This document shows, one piece after another, positions 28,351 through 42,045 of a DNA stretch of 64,000 nt. Origin of the DNA: Eledone cirrhosa (lineage: Eukaryota). The translations under genes were made by a program, and so were the position numbers. Below the pieces are notes generated by a model. It searched no databases. It had not been told where the DNA came from and saw only the letters and a list, made by a program, of their open reading frames with translations. The stretch lies in assembly GCA_964016885.1 (NCBI GenBank), contig OZ024742.1, forward strand, positions 21,452,001-21,516,000. Direction: 5' to 3'. Position 1 is the stretch's first letter; every line of letters starts with the position of its first letter.

Positions 28351-30430
28351 AACATCATGATTTCCAAACCTATGAGGGCCTTCTCACTCCTGTTGGAAGT
28401 ACTCATCGCTGGTTGACTTCCATTGCATTCGGTTTGGTTTCAGTCATGTCAGGAATGTAGCCGTACTCACCACCCTTGGCCCAATGCGGGTTGGTGAGAC
28501 TATTTAACCCACAGTTTTTGTGGATGCCCTCTGAGAAGTTCATCCACCCTTTTAACAGCTCTTGATTGTTGTGCTGTTGGGGTTCCAATCGCCCCCATCA
28601 CTACACCCGAGTCTGGTGGGGAAGCTAGTTAAGTCCGTGACCACTCAACGATGAAGCATATTATGCTGAGTCACATGCTACCAGTAGCAGTGGGAGAGCT
28701 AACCTGACATCATATGGTGTATATACTTTCATTACTGCCAATTCTACACAGAAATGTTCAGTTTGATCGACAGATACCCGTTCCCTTTGGTAATGTAATG
28801 TGTATATCTTATCGTATATGTAATTATTTGTCTATAGAAAACTCCTAAAGCGAAATGTGTTTCATTAAATATCCTCTCAGACAGCAACATATGAGGCTTA
28901 CTACTTCCCTTCTAAAGGTTATACACAGTTGACGTTTGTTGAACAAGGAGCTACGTAATGTTCGCAAACTCAGCCTTTGAACATCTCATTTTAGAACTCC
29001 ATGCCCCTCATTATTACTTGTTTTCATGACTTTATCTGTGGCCCTGATCATGTATTCAAATAGAAATTTCCTTATTTCGTTCTAACGTCGTACCACCTGG
29101 GGTCAATTCCCATCGATATCAACTTTCACTCTTATCCGTTTCTGTATCGATACAGCATCCTGCCATGAATATAATCGACCATATACAAACCTAAAATTGT
29201 GATATTCGTGCTAAGATATAAATACTTGTTAACCATTATTCTACCTTCAGTGTTTAGAATCATTATGCAATTTTCTGGGGGGTTTTTACAGCTGTACTTT
29301 TCCTATACAAATGAATAAAAATAACTGAATCCTTGATCACATTATACCATGATATTTCATAAAATCATTCTTTGCCATTTGTTAAACATTCACCCGTAAA
29401 CTATAATTATCCCACTGTCGAGATTTACCACACTCAAAGATTTAATGACATCTTCCATGTTAAGAAACATCTGCTCTATGTAACTTGCAATAGTGAAATA
29501 TGAAACAGTTTGGCACACATTTATGGCAGCATTTAAGTTACACACAAGAATATACATAAATTGTATATGAGGTCATTTTAGTCGTTGTAATACTGAATTA
29601 TTTAGAGACGATTAGTGTGACTATTAATGTAAATATAATTTACACCACAGCAGCAAATGAAATTAGATTAAACTATTTCGCTGTTTAATAATGATATTTG
29701 AATGATATATCAAATGAGATGGGACGATAGTTAAAGAAATATGATTTATTAATTAAGTGTCTTCCAAACAGTATTGAAAATTAAACTAAAATAATCATTC
29801 ACTGACATTCTAAAGACGATATATTTTCCTGTTCGTCATTTCATCCATTCAATACTACTTCGATAACTGATTTATATGTTTGCATTAAATGTGAGAAGAG
29901 TCTATGTAGCTCTAACAACAAATAGTAAGGTATCAATACACAGGTATATACTGCAGAGCTGTTATCCAATCGTTATAATACTGTAGCCGTAAAAAAAGAA
30001 ATATTTCTAACGCATGCCCTCAGTATTTTTGACTGGATTATTTGTATTTCATCACCTGTTTGTTTCGAACCGCACATCTACCTGTATGCTGAATAAAACA
30101 TACTTTCAAGTTTCAATCTTAATACACGCTTCATAAACGTCAAACAGATGGAAGTGAAGGGAAAGTACTTTTAGTGTAATTGTAACGTAGGAAGATGTGA
30201 GATTCTTATTCTACTGGTAAATATCTGCTGGCGAATTGTGCTGCCTCAGGAGGCTATATCCAAAATTAATTTCTCAAGTGATTTCTAGTGATAATTCATG
30301 AGCTGATGTATTTTGCATAATAACAAAACACAACACACAGACACACACATATACATACATACATACATACATAGTACGTACATACTTACAAACATACACA
30401 CACACATACGCACACACACTGACACACACA

Positions 30431-30556
<126 letters not shown>

Positions 30557-31285
30557 ATATATATATATGGGTGTATAATGCTCTAAAAATCTCTCTCTCA
30601 TTATATATATATATGTGTGTGTATAATGCTCTAAAAATCGGACCAGTCTAAAACTGCAACAAACAATCAAACATTTACTGCCTCACACCCTACCTAATTC
30701 TTTTTCTTAAATAAATTAAATATCATCCAGCAAGAATTGCTTCCACCTGCATATTATCTCTCTAAAAAGGGAAATCATATCAAACCTCAGTCCACCATTT
30801 GCCTCCATCATGAAACCATGGTTCAACTAAGCACTCTTGCTATATTAACACATTTTGATCTGCTTAACTCCAATAACTATGCTTGTAAATAACATTATGT
30901 TTTCTTCCACATTGACTTTGTATGCTCTACATTATGCACGTTTTTTTTTCTTTTTCTTTTTTCTTTTCACTTCATAAACCTTGTTTGTAAATAAGATTAT
31001 TCTTTCTGCACCTTCTGTTTAACATGTGCGACACCACACTAATACATTTCACTATCATTTGATAATGCTTAAAAATGTTGAAACCGGTAATAGACAATAA
31101 TTAAATATATAAATAGATAAATAAATGCCATTGTTAAATAATAAATAAATCAACTAATACGTTAACACTTCACACAAGGTAAAACATTTCGTTTTAATCA
31201 TTTTCTAACCCAGAAAAAAGAGAGAGAGAAACAAAAAAGGAACAAAATATATTTTTCTTCCTAATAATCGTCTCTCTCTCCCTGT

Positions 31286-31322
<37 letters not shown>

Positions 31323-31700
31323 CTAAAAGAAATTTCACTCTACAAGTCTGAATAAAATAAATGTAATCTGAGTTTTTCGAATATTAATAATAATATTCGA
31401 TTCGTTTGCAATTATGCAAACCAGCCTCATTTTTAAAGCCATGTCAGTAGAATCTGCGTCTCATTCTTGTTCTTGTGTTGGCATGTAAACAGAACTGCAG
31501 ACACCAATCTAAAGACATTTTTTCAAATTCCAACCCGCCCGTCTCCTCAATCTATTTTATTTCTCATTCTTTCTTCTGATGAAGGACTAGCGTCCGGAAC
31601 GTTAAGACCCTCTTCCTGCCATATCAAGCGTTAACTTAATATATACCTTCCATATACTGTGCCGATTGTGTTGTTATTTCTTTTACCTTTTACATACATG

Positions 31701-31739
<39 letters not shown>

Positions 31740-31740
31740 G

Positions 31741-31858
31741 AAAATAACAGATAAAAGTTTAAGCAAAGAATCGCTGCTTTCTAGGGTTCTTATATATTTC
31801 ATATATAGTTATCCTTATCGAGCCCTCTTTGGATTTTAGTCTTCAAATTTATTATTAT

Positions 31859-31862
<4 letters not shown>
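31741..31862. mobile_element. Short inverted pLTR-end plus tail insertion; family members at ~35950-36120, 39075-39165, 40960-41075, 62548-62650
   Basis: Shared blocks AAAATAACAGAT..GTTTAAGCAAAGAATCGCTGC and GGTTCTTATATATT..CCCTCTTTGGATTTTAGTCTTCAAATTTATTATTATTAC. Confidence 0.75.
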
Positions 31863-31919
<57 letters not shown>

Positions 31920-31954
31920 TTATAAGAATCAAAGAACTGTTCAAAACATTTTTA

Positions 31955-32001
31955 TGCTTACAACTGTTTCCTCCAAACCGAGGTTTGGATTCTTCGGAGC
32001 A
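31955..32001 (-). ncRNA. Type I hammerhead in the PLE pLTR (variant core)
   Basis: Minus strand TGCT-CCGAAGA-ATCCAAACCTCGGTTTGGAG-GAAACAGTTGTA-AGCA. Stems I and II pair; the core has U4C. Confidence 0.65.
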
Positions 32002-33439
32002 ATTTATTATTGAATGAACACTTATATGACCTCCTTTTCAATCCAAGAGACATACAGATACATATGCAAACATTGTGGGTCAACATCCATTACACCATTT
32101 AGTGTGGCAGTACACATTTAGAGATTACATTCATATTAAAAGATAAAATCAAAAATACAAGTTAAAATACAACATGGAATTAATGTGATACGATAGTCAT
32201 AAGCGGTTATTGAGTGCAATAGTTATACGTGTGGCAAGCACGTGCGTCTTGTTTATATAGTGTGGCAGAGAGTTACGTGTAATAGAAGCACTTAAACAGG
32301 TGATCAAGAGTGTTAAGGGGGTTGATCTGGTAATGAATTCTTTATATGATTGTTATAGCCTGTGCTTGGAGAAATAATATAAGCATTAAAAATAATATAG
32401 CATTAAAAATATTGGAAATGCGTAGCGAAGCGATGATATGGATTTCATGCACTGCGACATTTTCATAGTCCGGGGAGCGTATTTTTCAGATTATATGCCC
32501 CTCACATAATCCACGTCGATTCGATATTGGGCGTTTGACAATCCTGTTAGAGAATCGTAGTCTGATGGTCTTTAGCTCAATACAGCAGATTGTTACGTTG
32601 CGAGAATCGACATCGAAATATTTCCCGGAAGTGTGTGTGTGGCTAAGGGGAGTAATGCATGAGGGGAGGTAACTCGGTGGTTTCTATTACTAACTATTAA
32701 ATTGTGTCTCAAAATAGTCCCTAACTTATATGGTTATACGCAGTTTCTAAAAATTTAAAGTGTCTTAACTATAATGTAGTTTATTAAGCTGTACTGAAGG
32801 TGTTCCTATTATGGTCATTATCCTCCATTATAGAGTGCCACAATTGAATATTTTACACGACGAGCGAGATTTCTAAATCAATGATCATTGTGATTGTAGT
32901 CTACTCATAGAACCTGGCAGGGTTATTATAGAATCACTTCAACATATAATGATCTCTGGTAAGTTCCGGGTCAGTGCATGCTATATTGGATGTCGAAAGA
33001 TAACCATCACTAGGGTAGACCAGAGGTCAATCTACACTCCTCCTGCCACTAATCTGAGCATCAATCCATATATGTACAACTCATACGCCACTTGCAATAC
33101 ATTCACTGCACTCAGCATACCCGTCATACAGCTCATCAACGTTACTAGATTAATTAGTCTTCCATTTATCCAACGATGGCACTTCACCCGCATAGCACCA
33201 ACAATACAATCAATTCAATGCTTAAATTTTACATTAACTATAAAGTGGTGTAGTACAGTTCAAGCAACTGGATGTAGTCACACCTAAAATAGAAGTACAA
33301 AGGGGTATTCCTACGGTGAAGGGTTCTTGAGGGATGTCCCGATTAGTGTTATATTGGATCAATAAGTGTGGGGATGTCGTATAAGGTGTGCCCTTGGTGT
33401 TTGATGCTAGAGGTGGTGCCTGGTTCAAGTCCGACATTG

Positions 33440-35590
33440 CTATATATTGGGCTTAAAGTTTTGGAAGGAATGTCTGAAGTGGTGCTGGCAAGTTGCGCAC
33501 ACTTCAGATTTTTTGTTAAGTAAGTTATGGTTAGAGAAGATAATAGTGTGGGTCTCTAGTATACAGAGGTTACAACATTTATTAGGTGGTTTGTACGAAG
33601 TTGCGCTAGCTATCACTTCCCATTTGAGTGTGTAAGGTTTATTTTTAGTTTTTAGATAGTGTATGTAGCTAGATAGTGAGGTGGAGCTGGCTAGACTGTG
33701 CTTTTTGAACGAGTGGATGTGCGAATTATACCTGGTTTTGAAGCAGTTAGAAGTGGAGCCTACATAGGTTTCTGAAGAGTTGCTAGTTGTGACGGTGCAT
33801 GAGTATATGATATCCTTGATTAGGCATTTTTTATATAAATGGCAGGTTCTAATTGCTCTACAGTTACAATTATTCTGGGTGTTAGTCTGCTGGTTATAAT
33901 GCTGTGCAGAAATCCGGGTGGTAGCTTTAGGATTTTGGATATGCGGGTTGTCGTCCCCGGTGTCATTGCTTATACTAGTGCTATTTCTATTATTACTGCC
34001 GTTATTAGGGTTGTTTGCTACAGAGGTATTTTGAAGGTTTACTTCCTGTTGCGATTTCGTTTGTTGGAAGTAAGAATTAATTTTTCTTTTATTGCTACTA
34101 GCTATGTGGTATGCTATGTTAGGCGTCGTAGAGTATGAGATTTTAATAGTGTTTTTGTTTAAAAGGTTATGGTACTTGTGTCCTAGAGGGAAGTTTTTAT
34201 CTAGTAGTGAGAAGAAAGCCCTAGGTATGTTGGTGGAGACGTTTAGGTTGAAAGGAGGGTTGAAAAATGTATTATTTCTTCTTCTATTTTTGTTTTTAGT
34301 GTCTGGTGTGTTGTTTCCTCCTAAGGTACTACGGTAGTTTCTGTGGTAATGGTTACTTTTGATGGCACCCTCTGCTTTAGTGTGCGTGTGGTTGCTATAC
34401 ATATTACTAGGTTTCCTCATGGACATATTGTGCGAGATGATGCTGTAGCTATGTGTTTTCGTAGGTAGGAACTCGATCTCTATATTATGGCCGGATCTAG
34501 CTAATGCTTGATTATAATATTGCGAGTTTTTGCTAAATATGTTTGCGTCATAGGATAGATTAGATATTCTATTGAATACCCTCTTAGAGATAGAGTTTAA
34601 TATTGATCTAGGGTGATTAGACTTGGTATCCACGTAAATGAGTTTTTCGTTAGGCTTATGGAAAGGTGTATATATCTTTGAGTCTACGTATAGTGTGGCG
34701 TCTAGGAAGTTAACGTTTTAGTGTTTTTGTCCATGGTGATACTAAGGTTAAAGTTTTTGAATGTCTTGTACAATAGTTTTCTAGTTCTTTCTATATTGAA
34801 TTTTTATATTCTATAAGTAGAAGTGCATCATCGCGGTACAAACCACCGTTGAGGTATAGGAGGTCCTTATGGATTTCATTAAGTAAGTATAGGCCGACCA
34901 AATCAGTGACCTGCGCCGAGTCACTAGACCACATGGTTATGTCGAAGTTGTTGTGCGTATCCTTGCGGGTCCATAATTGGTCCTCAAAAGTGATTATGGT
35001 TTTACGGGCCGCAAGGATGACATCAATCTGGGTTCTAGTCAGGTCGCTATTGTTCATGGCCATGATTAGAGCCTTATTTAATAGGATAGGGGAAATAGAG
35101 GTGTAGTATGAATTGCTATCAAATTGAATACATTTTTTGTCCTTGTTATTCTTGATATCTTTGAACCATTCAATAACTTCACCCGTATTTCCCCATTGTT
35201 TAAGGTGTATCTTGTGTTTAATTTGTGGGATGATTTTATCTAAAATTTTCTTGCTGATAATGCCAATGTCGGACTTGGAAAGGCAGATAGGTCTAATCGA
35301 GGGGTTGCTAATGAAGTCCTCCTTATGGTCCTTCAGAGAGAATGGGGGGTTTGGGGTGTATGGTTGTGTATGCCTCTGAAATCCTAGTTTAGACACTATA
35401 TTATATCCCTCTATATTAATATCCTCTAAGTTTTGCATAGTAGTTTTCTTGTAGCTTTTATGTAGTTCATTATATATAAACTTTCTATAAGTATTATAAT
35501 CCAGGTTGTATATGTTATTAGTTTTATCCGCGTGTACAATAATGTTATTACTAGTTTTGAATTCATTAATAGAGGTGTTAAGTTTGTTTA
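33440..35590 (-). pseudogene. PLE RT + linker + GIY-YIG endonuclease, frameshifted
   Basis: LKDHKEDF..IRPI, QFD..YYTSI, GGLYRDDAL, SNHP, FNPPFN, KISYSTTPN, CNCRAIRTC (CxCx5C), IIY..YVGST..FKTRYNSH, CNLCILE, LLNKKSE. Confidence 0.88.
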
Positions 35591-35775
35591 AGTTCTTTGA
35601 TTCTTATAATTCATATAACTGCTCTGTAAAACATCTGATGTTATTACATTGAGCTATTTAACTTACTGGTAATAAGGTAGTAATATATTACTGCCTATCA
35701 CTATTTAGGGTTTGTAAAAATATATATAACTACAAAAGGTTTTTGTATTTGCATAACCATAAATAGTATACTTAA

Positions 35776-35825
<50 letters not shown>

Positions 35826-35841
35826 ATAATAATAAATATAT

Positions 35842-35877
<36 letters not shown>

Positions 35878-35891
35878 AATATATATATAAT

Positions 35892-35935
<44 letters not shown>

Positions 35936-36573
35936 ATAATATATATATATAGTAATAATAATAAATTTGAAGACTAAAATACAAAGAGGGCTCGATAAGG
36001 ATAAATATATATCAAATATATAAGAACCGTAGAGCAAATATTTATTAAAATAACAGATTAAAGTTTAAGCAAAGAATCGCTGCTTTCACCCTTAACGGGA
36101 TCTTCTGAAACTAACAAAGTCAATCTGTAAACGCAGAAGTGAATATTTCAAAAAACGTTGCAACCGGAGGAAGACAGGAAGACGATACTTTGGTTCGTGG
36201 AAACATTCCCTGGCAAAGAACGGGGAAAAACGAATATAATACGTCATTAATAGGAGCTGTGAAAAACAATTACGCGCAAAGACAGAACCACGTTTATGGT
36301 TTAAAATAAGTCGTAGACTAATGTTCTCTTAGGTAGTTCATAGAGACGTTCTCTGGCAATTAACGCATACTTTCATCCATAAGTATGCATTTACCAGAAT
36401 GGGAGCTGATGTTAAATCATACATCAACAGTATAGAAAAATTTAGTTCAGCGCACATAGCAACACTGCGATTTATCATCGGAAAGAATTATTAAATGTTC
36501 ATCACTGTAAGATATTTTAAAGACATTGTATTGTTTACCTGCGTGATAGCACAGATATGGGGACACACACAAA

Positions 36574-36677
<104 letters not shown>

Positions 36678-36800
36678 ATAAATATAATCTGAGTTTTTCG
36701 TATATTAATAATAATATTCGATTCGTTTGCAATTATGCAAACAAGCCTCAATTTTATAGCCATTTCAGTAGAATGAACACTTCATTCTTGCTCTTGTATA

Positions 36801-36898
<98 letters not shown>

Positions 36899-36917
36899 TT
36901 TATATATATATATATAT

Positions 36918-37085
36918 TCCCGAGAGGGTTGGGTGTGCAGAGTTCTCAAACTTTCCATCCAGCGGGTCCTCTCGGAAGAAGCCGTCTCCAACTGATCCGG
37001 CTGCATTTCCAAGCGAGACCAGCCAAGATCATGAATGTTATTCAATCCTCTTGGGTGGGGTCTACTCCTGGGTGTAGCTGAGACA
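36918..37085 (-). mobile_element. RTE-like LINE 3' fragment
   Basis: Minus-strand translation [26 protein letters not shown] resembles RTE C-termini. Confidence 0.5.
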
Positions 37086-37689
37086 TCAACAAATTTCACT
37101 TGCCTGCATTTCTTCCTCCCTTATATTCTTTGTCTTTCTTATATTTTTAGTTCCTTTTTACCTCCTTTCTGCGTTTGTATCGCTCGTTCTGATTTCAAAT
37201 TTTATGATGATCTATTTGAGTGCTAAATTAAATTCAACGCCCAGTCTAATTCAATCGTATGGTTATTGTATGTGACAGAAGCTCCTATCATAATATTATG
37301 ACGAATAGATTTTAATTCTAAAATTATTCTCTTAAACGAAAATCGTTTTATAAAAGCTATTTTTCAACAATATATTTTTCATAAGACTGCAACTATTCAA
37401 ATTTATCAAAGATTAATTTATCTAACAGAATACAGTAGACAAACATTTGAAGTTCTGAAGATATAGATTTCTTAACATCTTCTGATGTCTCATAAATATG
37501 TTATTTACTGTAATGTTATTCAGAAGAATATACTTAAGAATATGTTCTGAGTACTTAATCATAAATATTTCTAAGAATTCCTTTAATTTCGGTTATAACA
37601 ATATCCTCTGCAATTACACTTGGCATTATTTTCTCTGTTATGTTATTTTATGAGATCTTCGGATTCATTTTTAACTATAAAATTGTGAT

Positions 37690-37915
37690 TTACTCCAGCT
37701 GCATCTGGTGCAGTCTGCGACTAATCCAGGCTCTGCTGCACTTCGGGCTTAGGAGGGTAAACCTTCTAAATATCGGTTGCTCTCCGACTAGTTTGCGGTC
37801 AAGTCTATAACAGTGGAAACTTCTGGTGCCCTTGGCCCTAGCACCACCTCTATACTTACCACCATCGGCGCGGAGTAAAGAAATTAAGACGAGGTTATCG
37901 AGACCTCTCTGGGTT
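37690..37915 (+). mobile_element. Degenerate CRE-like restriction-like endonuclease fragment
   Basis: Translation GSAALRA*EGKPSKYRLLSD*FAVKSITVETSGALGP..IG matches the AE..K..KY....P..VET.G..G pattern. Confidence 0.5.
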
Positions 37916-39525
37916 TAAGAAAATTGAAAATGATTGTTTTACTTATCTGAACGCACAAGGTCGGCGTAAACTTTTGCATCATTACGAAATGTCTTTTTCA
38001 CATAAAAAAACAGGGTTATCGCTTGATGAGTAATCGGAGAAATAAAATGTTTGAAATGTTTCTTGGTTTATTGCTGATATTCTCCCCATATTAAATGTGT
38101 GTAGAGTTTGACACATAGCTTTCCCCGAGTTGCAGGAAATATTTATTTTTCTATGGGTGATTAGTGTCTAGACACAATATTTTGCTCGGTGTTCAATTTC
38201 AGTGGCTCTAAGCAATTTGGAAGTCATTAGATTATAGGAAAAATTACATTACGAAATTTCTCCAGGGTTTCTATTCTCTTCAAATCCAGACATTGTCAAA
38301 TTTACCCCTCATCACTTCTAAGACAATGTGGATTGGTGAATTGATAGAGCGTCGTTTGTGATAACTCCAAACATCGGTCACGGATTTTTATGTTCTACGT
38401 TCAAATCATAATATGGGCTACAATAGGTATTTATGAACCAGACACTCACGAAATAATCACAAGGAGGCTGTCGTATGGAGGTCATATTGGTCACTTAAAT
38501 ATGCATGGATTAGTTATATATCGTGTAGTGCACATTGGGCTCTTATGAATTTATAGTGAAAAACCTTGTCAAACCCAGCTCTTCTGATAATTTACTGTAT
38601 ATTGAACCAGGATCTTTAAAATATAAATCATATCCATTCGAATTCTTTTATTATTTAAAAAAAACATTATTTTTTAAGAAGTTATATAAAACTGCCTTCA
38701 AAAAATAAAGTAAAATAAAATAAAATGCTCTATTAATTCTAATCAGCTTAAATCTTATATCTTGATATACACGTATTTATCAGTAAAACGCTCAATAATT
38801 TCAAATGTAAGTTTGTTATCTTCAGCTTCAGACACTGCCTTGCTTGAATTACGTCGGATTTGAATCTTCTATATCTAGTCTTTTGTTTGTCATACAGAAT
38901 TACGATTTCAACACATACCTCACAATTATGCACAACCGTCAAAATATATTTTTCTTCCATTTCTTAGAGGGTTCTTAACCCCACTATCAGGTTAAAATTT
39001 CTTTAGTAAAAATACGGCGAAAGCTTCTATTTCTATTTTCAAACTCGCTCACTGTTTACAAAACACAAACTTAGTGCTCTAGGGTTCTTATATATTTGAT
39101 ATATATATATTTATCCTTATCAAGCCCTCTTTGGATTTTAGTCTTCAAATTTATTATTATTACTATATATATATATTATTACTATATATATATATAATAT
39201 ATATTTATATTATTACTATATATATATATATATAAAAACAAATAACGAAACGAAATTAAATTTCATTTCGTTTGTAACTCACTTTTGTATGACTGACGCT
39301 TAAACAATTAAGTTAAAAATGTACATCTACATGCATACTGAAATACTAGTGTGCATATGAATACACACACGTATACATATGTAGGTGTAACAAGTCTTTC
39401 ACTGGCTGCTTTACTGTGAGCAACCCAGCTATTCTGTATGTAAACACACAGACAAACCGGTTTTTAGAGTCATACTGGTTTTCGAGGGAACACCTTCCCT
39501 CTATTCTGCAGAAAGCCAGACAAGG

Positions 39526-39570
39526 AATATTGAACTAGTTTCGTTGTTGTTACAACTCATCAGCAATATT
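39526..39570 (-). ncRNA. Type I hammerhead ribozyme
   Basis: Exact reverse complement of 39910-39954. Confidence 0.85.
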
Positions 39571-39909
39571 TACCTATCTACCGGCCCTTCTGGAGAATTG
39601 TAAAAGCACATATCGTTATATGCCTTTTCTATGAAAATTAGTAGTGGGCAGACCAATTTGCATAGAGTGTGAGTACGCACCGGTTCAGCGGAGACGATAA
39701 AAACAAATAACGAAACGAAATTAAATTTCGTTTCGTTTGTAACTCACTTTTGTATGACTGACGCTTAAACAATTAAGTTTAAAATGTACCGCTGAACCGG
39801 TGCGTACTCACACTCTATGCAAATTGGTCTGCCCACTACTAATTTTCATAGAAAAGGCATATAACGATATGTGCTTTTACAATTCTCCAGAAGGGCCGGT
39901 AGATAGGTA

Positions 39910-39954
39910 AATATTGCTGATGAGTTGTAACAACAACGAAACTAGTTCAATATT
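39910..39954 (+). ncRNA. Type I hammerhead ribozyme
   Basis: Stem I AATATTG/CAATATT, CTGATGA, stem II GTTGT-AACA-ACAAC, GAAA, palindromic stem III ACTAGT, GUU triplet ending at 39947. Confidence 0.88.
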
Positions 39955-40376
39955 CCTTGTCTGGCTTTCTGCAGAATAGAGGGAAGGTGTTCCCTCGAAA
40001 ACCAGTATGACTCTAAAAACCGGTTTGTCTGTGTGTTTACATACAGAATAGCTGGGTTGCTCACAGTAAAGCAACCAGTGAAAGACTTGTTACACCTACA
40101 TATGTATACGTGTGTGTATTCATATGCACACTAGTATTTCAGTATGCATATGTAGATGTACATTTTTAACTTAATTGTTTAAGCGTCAGTCATACAAAAG
40201 TGAGTTACAAACGAAATGAAATTTAATTTCGTTTCGTTATTTGTTTTTATCGTCTCCGCTGAACCGGTGCGTACTCACACTCTATGCAAATTGGTCTGCC
40301 CACTACTAATTTTCATAGAAAAGGCATATAACGATATGTGCTTTTACAATTCTCCAGAAGGGCCGGTAGATAGGTA

Positions 40377-40421
40377 AATATTGCTGATGAGTTGTAACAA
40401 CAACGAAACTAGTTCAATATT
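40377..40421 (+). ncRNA. Type I hammerhead ribozyme
   Basis: Identical to 39910-39954. Confidence 0.88.
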
Positions 40422-40646
40422 CCTTGTCTGGCTTTGTAGAGAATAGAGGGAAGGTGTTCCCTCGAAAACCAGTATGACTCTAAAAACCGGTTTGTCTGTG
40501 TGTTTACATACAGAATAGCTGGGTTGCTCACAGTAAAGCAACCAGTGAAAGACTTGTTACATCTACATATGTATACGTGTGTGTATTCATATGCACACTA
40601 GTATTTCAGTATGCATATGTAGATGTACATTTTTAACTTAATTGTT

Positions 40647-40677
<31 letters not shown>

Positions 40678-40867
40678 ACTATATATATATAATAATAATA
40701 TATATATATAGGAAAAGAGTCAGAACCCCGACGGCAGAGCTCAAGCCATTTCGACAGCTATTTCTGGACTCGTGTCCCACTCTACTACAGAAAGAACCGA
40801 GTACTCTGGTGCCTTATGGTCCACCTGGTTCCTTACCACACTTCCTTCGTTATATATATATATATAT

Positions 40868-40953
<86 letters not shown>

Positions 40954-41150
40954 TTATTTATTAAAAAAACAGATTAGAGTTTAAGCAAAGGATCGCTGCT
41001 CTACGGTTCTTATATATCTGATATATATTTATCCATATCTTTGGATTTTAGTCTTCAAATTTATTATTATTACTATATATATATATAAATGTGTTGAGTG
41101 TGTGTGTGCATGTGTGAGTGTGCATGTGTGAGTGTGTATGTGTGTATGTG

Positions 41151-41184
<34 letters not shown>

Positions 41185-41859
41185 TATGTATATATAATAA
41201 AGAGAGATAGAGGATATATATATATATATATATATCCTTTATCTCTCTTTATCTAGAGGAAATCGACAGGTTTGACCTGGAGCTGGCACAAGTTCTAGTG
41301 GATGGATGGGTGCATTTGTAAGGAGCAACTACAATACGCTTCACCACAAACACCACACAAAAATGCTGGATATCAATAGTATTAGCAATTAGAAAGACTA
41401 ATGAAAACATTGATTCCTCGGTCCGATTTGACAAAATCCGATCGACTGTCGATATATATACAATGTTGTCTCGAAGAATGAGAGAGAGCACTAGAGCATT
41501 AGAATTCATAGAATATTAAGAAAAGCTCGACGCAAGGGTCGCTATTAAAACAGCAAAATATCGTCTCGGACAAAAATCAAGTTTTCTGTCCTTTGGAGTA
41601 ATGTAATGTCTGTGACTTTATGATAAATGTGACAAATCATGTTTGAATATAAAAAATCTGTTTATGTCGCCGAAGGTATTGTTTATGGTAAGATGGATTA
41701 ACGAACGTTAGTGCGGAATAATTATTGTAAATAATTTAAAGAAGAATGTGTTCGTAGTAAATAAACATTTAGATGTAATGTGTATCAATCAGATTTTCTG
41801 TATCCACATGAAATATATGCACACATCCACAAACACATATGTCTACAAATACCCGTATA

Positions 41860-42045
41860 TAATTGTTTCTTCTATTGGCAAAAAGCCAGCAATTATCCAG
41901 TGCATTACTGGTACTCTATTTTATCGACCTCGTAAGGATGAAAGACAAAGTTAACCTCGATGGGATTTGAACTCAGACCATAAAGGGCCGTAATTCTATT
42001 CTGCAAAGCATGGCGTCCGACCCTCTACCGATACTGCCAATTCAC
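41860..42045 (-). mobile_element. tRNA-derived SINE; further copies or fragments at ~43873-43970 (-), 55995-56182 (-), 56860-57030 (+), 57980-58092 (-), 58620-58800 (+)
   Basis: CTGGTACT..TTTTATCGACC.CGTAAGGATGAAAG.CAAAGTTAACCTCG..GGGATTTGAACTCAG. Confidence 0.8.

Larger units (their letters stand above)
31916..35780 (-). mobile_element. Penelope-like element (Naiad-type), 5'-truncated, with an inverted pLTR end plus tail at 35591-35780
   Basis: RT fragments 34791-35438 (YRDD) and GIY-YIG ORF 33440-34633. 35591-35613 is the reverse complement of ~31916-31939. (TA)n on both sides. Confidence 0.88.
39234..40648. mobile_element. Retrozyme-like array: 467-bp unit, ~1.2 copies on minus joined head-to-head at ~39790 to ~1.8 copies on plus
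   Basis: Near-identical units offset by 467 bp (CTGATGA at 39917 and 40384), one hammerhead per unit, TA-rich flanks. Confidence 0.85.

Noticed and set aside
31741-36040. Apparent TIRs flanking the Penelope element, suggesting a composite DNA transposon
   Set aside because: The blocks are tails of two independent insertions of a small family found five times in the window, separated from the PLE by (TA)n.
39877-40541. Duplicated 65-aa ORFs in the 467-bp unit
   Set aside because: They start at a non-ATG codon, are antisense to the hammerhead and have no motif. Their identity simply reflects the repeat.
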